Assembly: GCF_006345805.1 (NCBI RefSeq)
Contig: NC_043015.1
Location: 18,228,001 to 18,292,000, forward strand
Direction: 5' to 3'
Length of the DNA stretch: 64,000 nucleotides
DNA from: Octopus sinensis
Taxonomy: Eukaryota
Positions 62,687 through 64,000 of this stretch are shown piece by piece. The notes beneath the pieces were generated by a model. That model saw only the letters and a program-made list of their open reading frames with translations. It was not told the origin of the DNA and did not search any database. The translations under genes and the position numbers were made by a program. The stretch's first letter is position 1; the number at the start of each line of letters is the position of its first letter.

Positions 62687-62791
62687 TCCATCTTCACTGA
62701 AAGCAGGAATCAAATCTTCTTGATCACCAGCAGGAGGCAACGGATGGAATACAAACATCATTACCCATATTGGTAAGAGCAGCTTAAGGAC
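62687..62791 (-). CDS. Putative 105-nt internal exon (VLKLLLPIWVMMFVFHPLPPAGDQEDLIPAFSEDG)
   Basis: TTTCTTTTTAATTCACAG| acceptor and GGA|GTATGT donor; only phase 0/0 frame is open; unique sequence. Confidence 0.6.
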
Positions 62792-63588
62792 CTGTGAATT
62801 AAAAAGAAAATATAGTTTTATGAAATTTTGAATAATACAAAAGTTGCTGAATTTATTTTATATTAAAACAATGTAACCAGTGTCCAGTCATGTGTCATTT
62901 TTCAAAAAATTTATCTTATTCATGCCTCTGATTGCTTTGTATTTATTTTATCAGCCCCTTTCAGCTTTACACTTTAATGGAATCTTTAAAATATGAATGA
63001 TGAAGAGAAAGTGTAAAGGCTTCATAAAGGATATATGTGGTTTCTTCAAAATACAATATATTAGAGAGTCTATTATTGTAATATGATGATTATAGCTATC
63101 TCATTACATTTAAATGATAAATTACAATAAGGATATTTTGTCTTACAAATGTTTTCTGCCCTCCTCCCAATAGTAAAACATCATTTAACCTACAGTCATA
63201 TTAGTGTAGGAAAGTAAACACTAAATTAATGATAGTAATTTTGTTTTGGCTGTAAGAAATGTAGTATGCAGTCATGAGTTATGTATTTGCTGAACGCAGC
63301 AGCAAATAATTGTATCTGTGTGTGCGCACGCACGTGTATATATATATAAATCTTTAGTTAATATATATACTCAATGAGAATATTATATACTGAATTTACA
63401 TTGAATGTTCTATTGTAGCAAAGTATTAATACTATTAAAGTATTTATACATTTAATATGAGTGATTATATATATATATTATATAATATATTATTAATATC
63501 AGGAAATCAATATTAGAAAATTCTTCAGAAATATATATATATGTGTATAGAATAATTGTTGTATTAAAAATATAAATATATCTTTATA

Positions 63589-64000
63589 CAGTTGCAGCCA
63601 AAATGTTCAGAACGGCATTGTTTTCATCAGAAAAGTAGGTATAAGTTTTTATCAAAGTTGTTTTATATTCTATAATTTTCACAAACAATAAATACGATAT
63701 TATTTGTTATTGTCTGAGATTTCGGTGTAATTTGAGAGGATAATAAAAAAGTTATGGATGATTTAATGATTTACTGCAAAACCCATGGTGGCCAAAATGA
63801 TCAGAACGGTTGCTTTTACTCCATGTTTTAGTATATTTAACCGTCGAACTCTAATGTTTTGAATTTGTTTACGTGACAGTTCGTTTACTAAACATTAGTA
63901 AGAATATCTGCAGTGTACTTTGTTAATATAATGCCACTTACTCCATTACCAATTCGTCAGCAGATTATTAAGCTTCGAAAGAAGGATAATTTAAGTATTA
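63589..64000 (+). mobile_element. Tc1-like IR/DR terminal region (runs off window)
   Basis: TA|CAGTTGCAGCCAAAATGTTCAGAACG with inner direct repeat GGTGGCCAAAATGATCAGAACGG at ~63787. Confidence 0.6.

Noticed and set aside
21596-62791. Assigning a gene symbol to the putative exons
   Set aside because: I do not recognise any of the peptides; a name would be invented.

Overview
Eukaryotic, very AT-rich, repeat-dominated genomic DNA. The repeat repertoire suggests a coleoid cephalopod, probably Octopus (inference, not proven). It contains (TA)n/(TATG)n microsatellites, RTE LINEs with (GAT)n tails, CR1 and Tx1/L1 LINE relics, several tRNA-headed SINEs, Penelope-like elements (PLEs), mariner/Tc1/maT/pogo/piggyBac relics and Helitrons. 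I found no prokaryotic features, no CRISPR array and no rRNA or tRNA genes. The many IY/YI-rich ORFs are translation artefacts of TA repeats. A few isolated minus-strand exon candidates (62687-62791, 61504-61551, 27359-27517, 21600-22030 with polyQ, 21408-21480) suggest most of the window is intronic sequence of an unidentified gene. The main unexplained structure is a recurring architecture: long inverted repeats carrying minimal type-I hammerhead ribozyme (HHR) motifs with palindromic stem III (583-672, 15410-15456, 25507-25549 with mirror 24183-24225, 44832-44877, and a degenerate one at 5389-5424). Two of these palindromes (15183-15621 and 43382-45046) look like distantly related members of one non-coding family that share a non-canonical C.A juxtaposition at the base of stem II. 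All alignments and folds were made by eye; TE boundaries are approximate unless a TIR or TSD is quoted.
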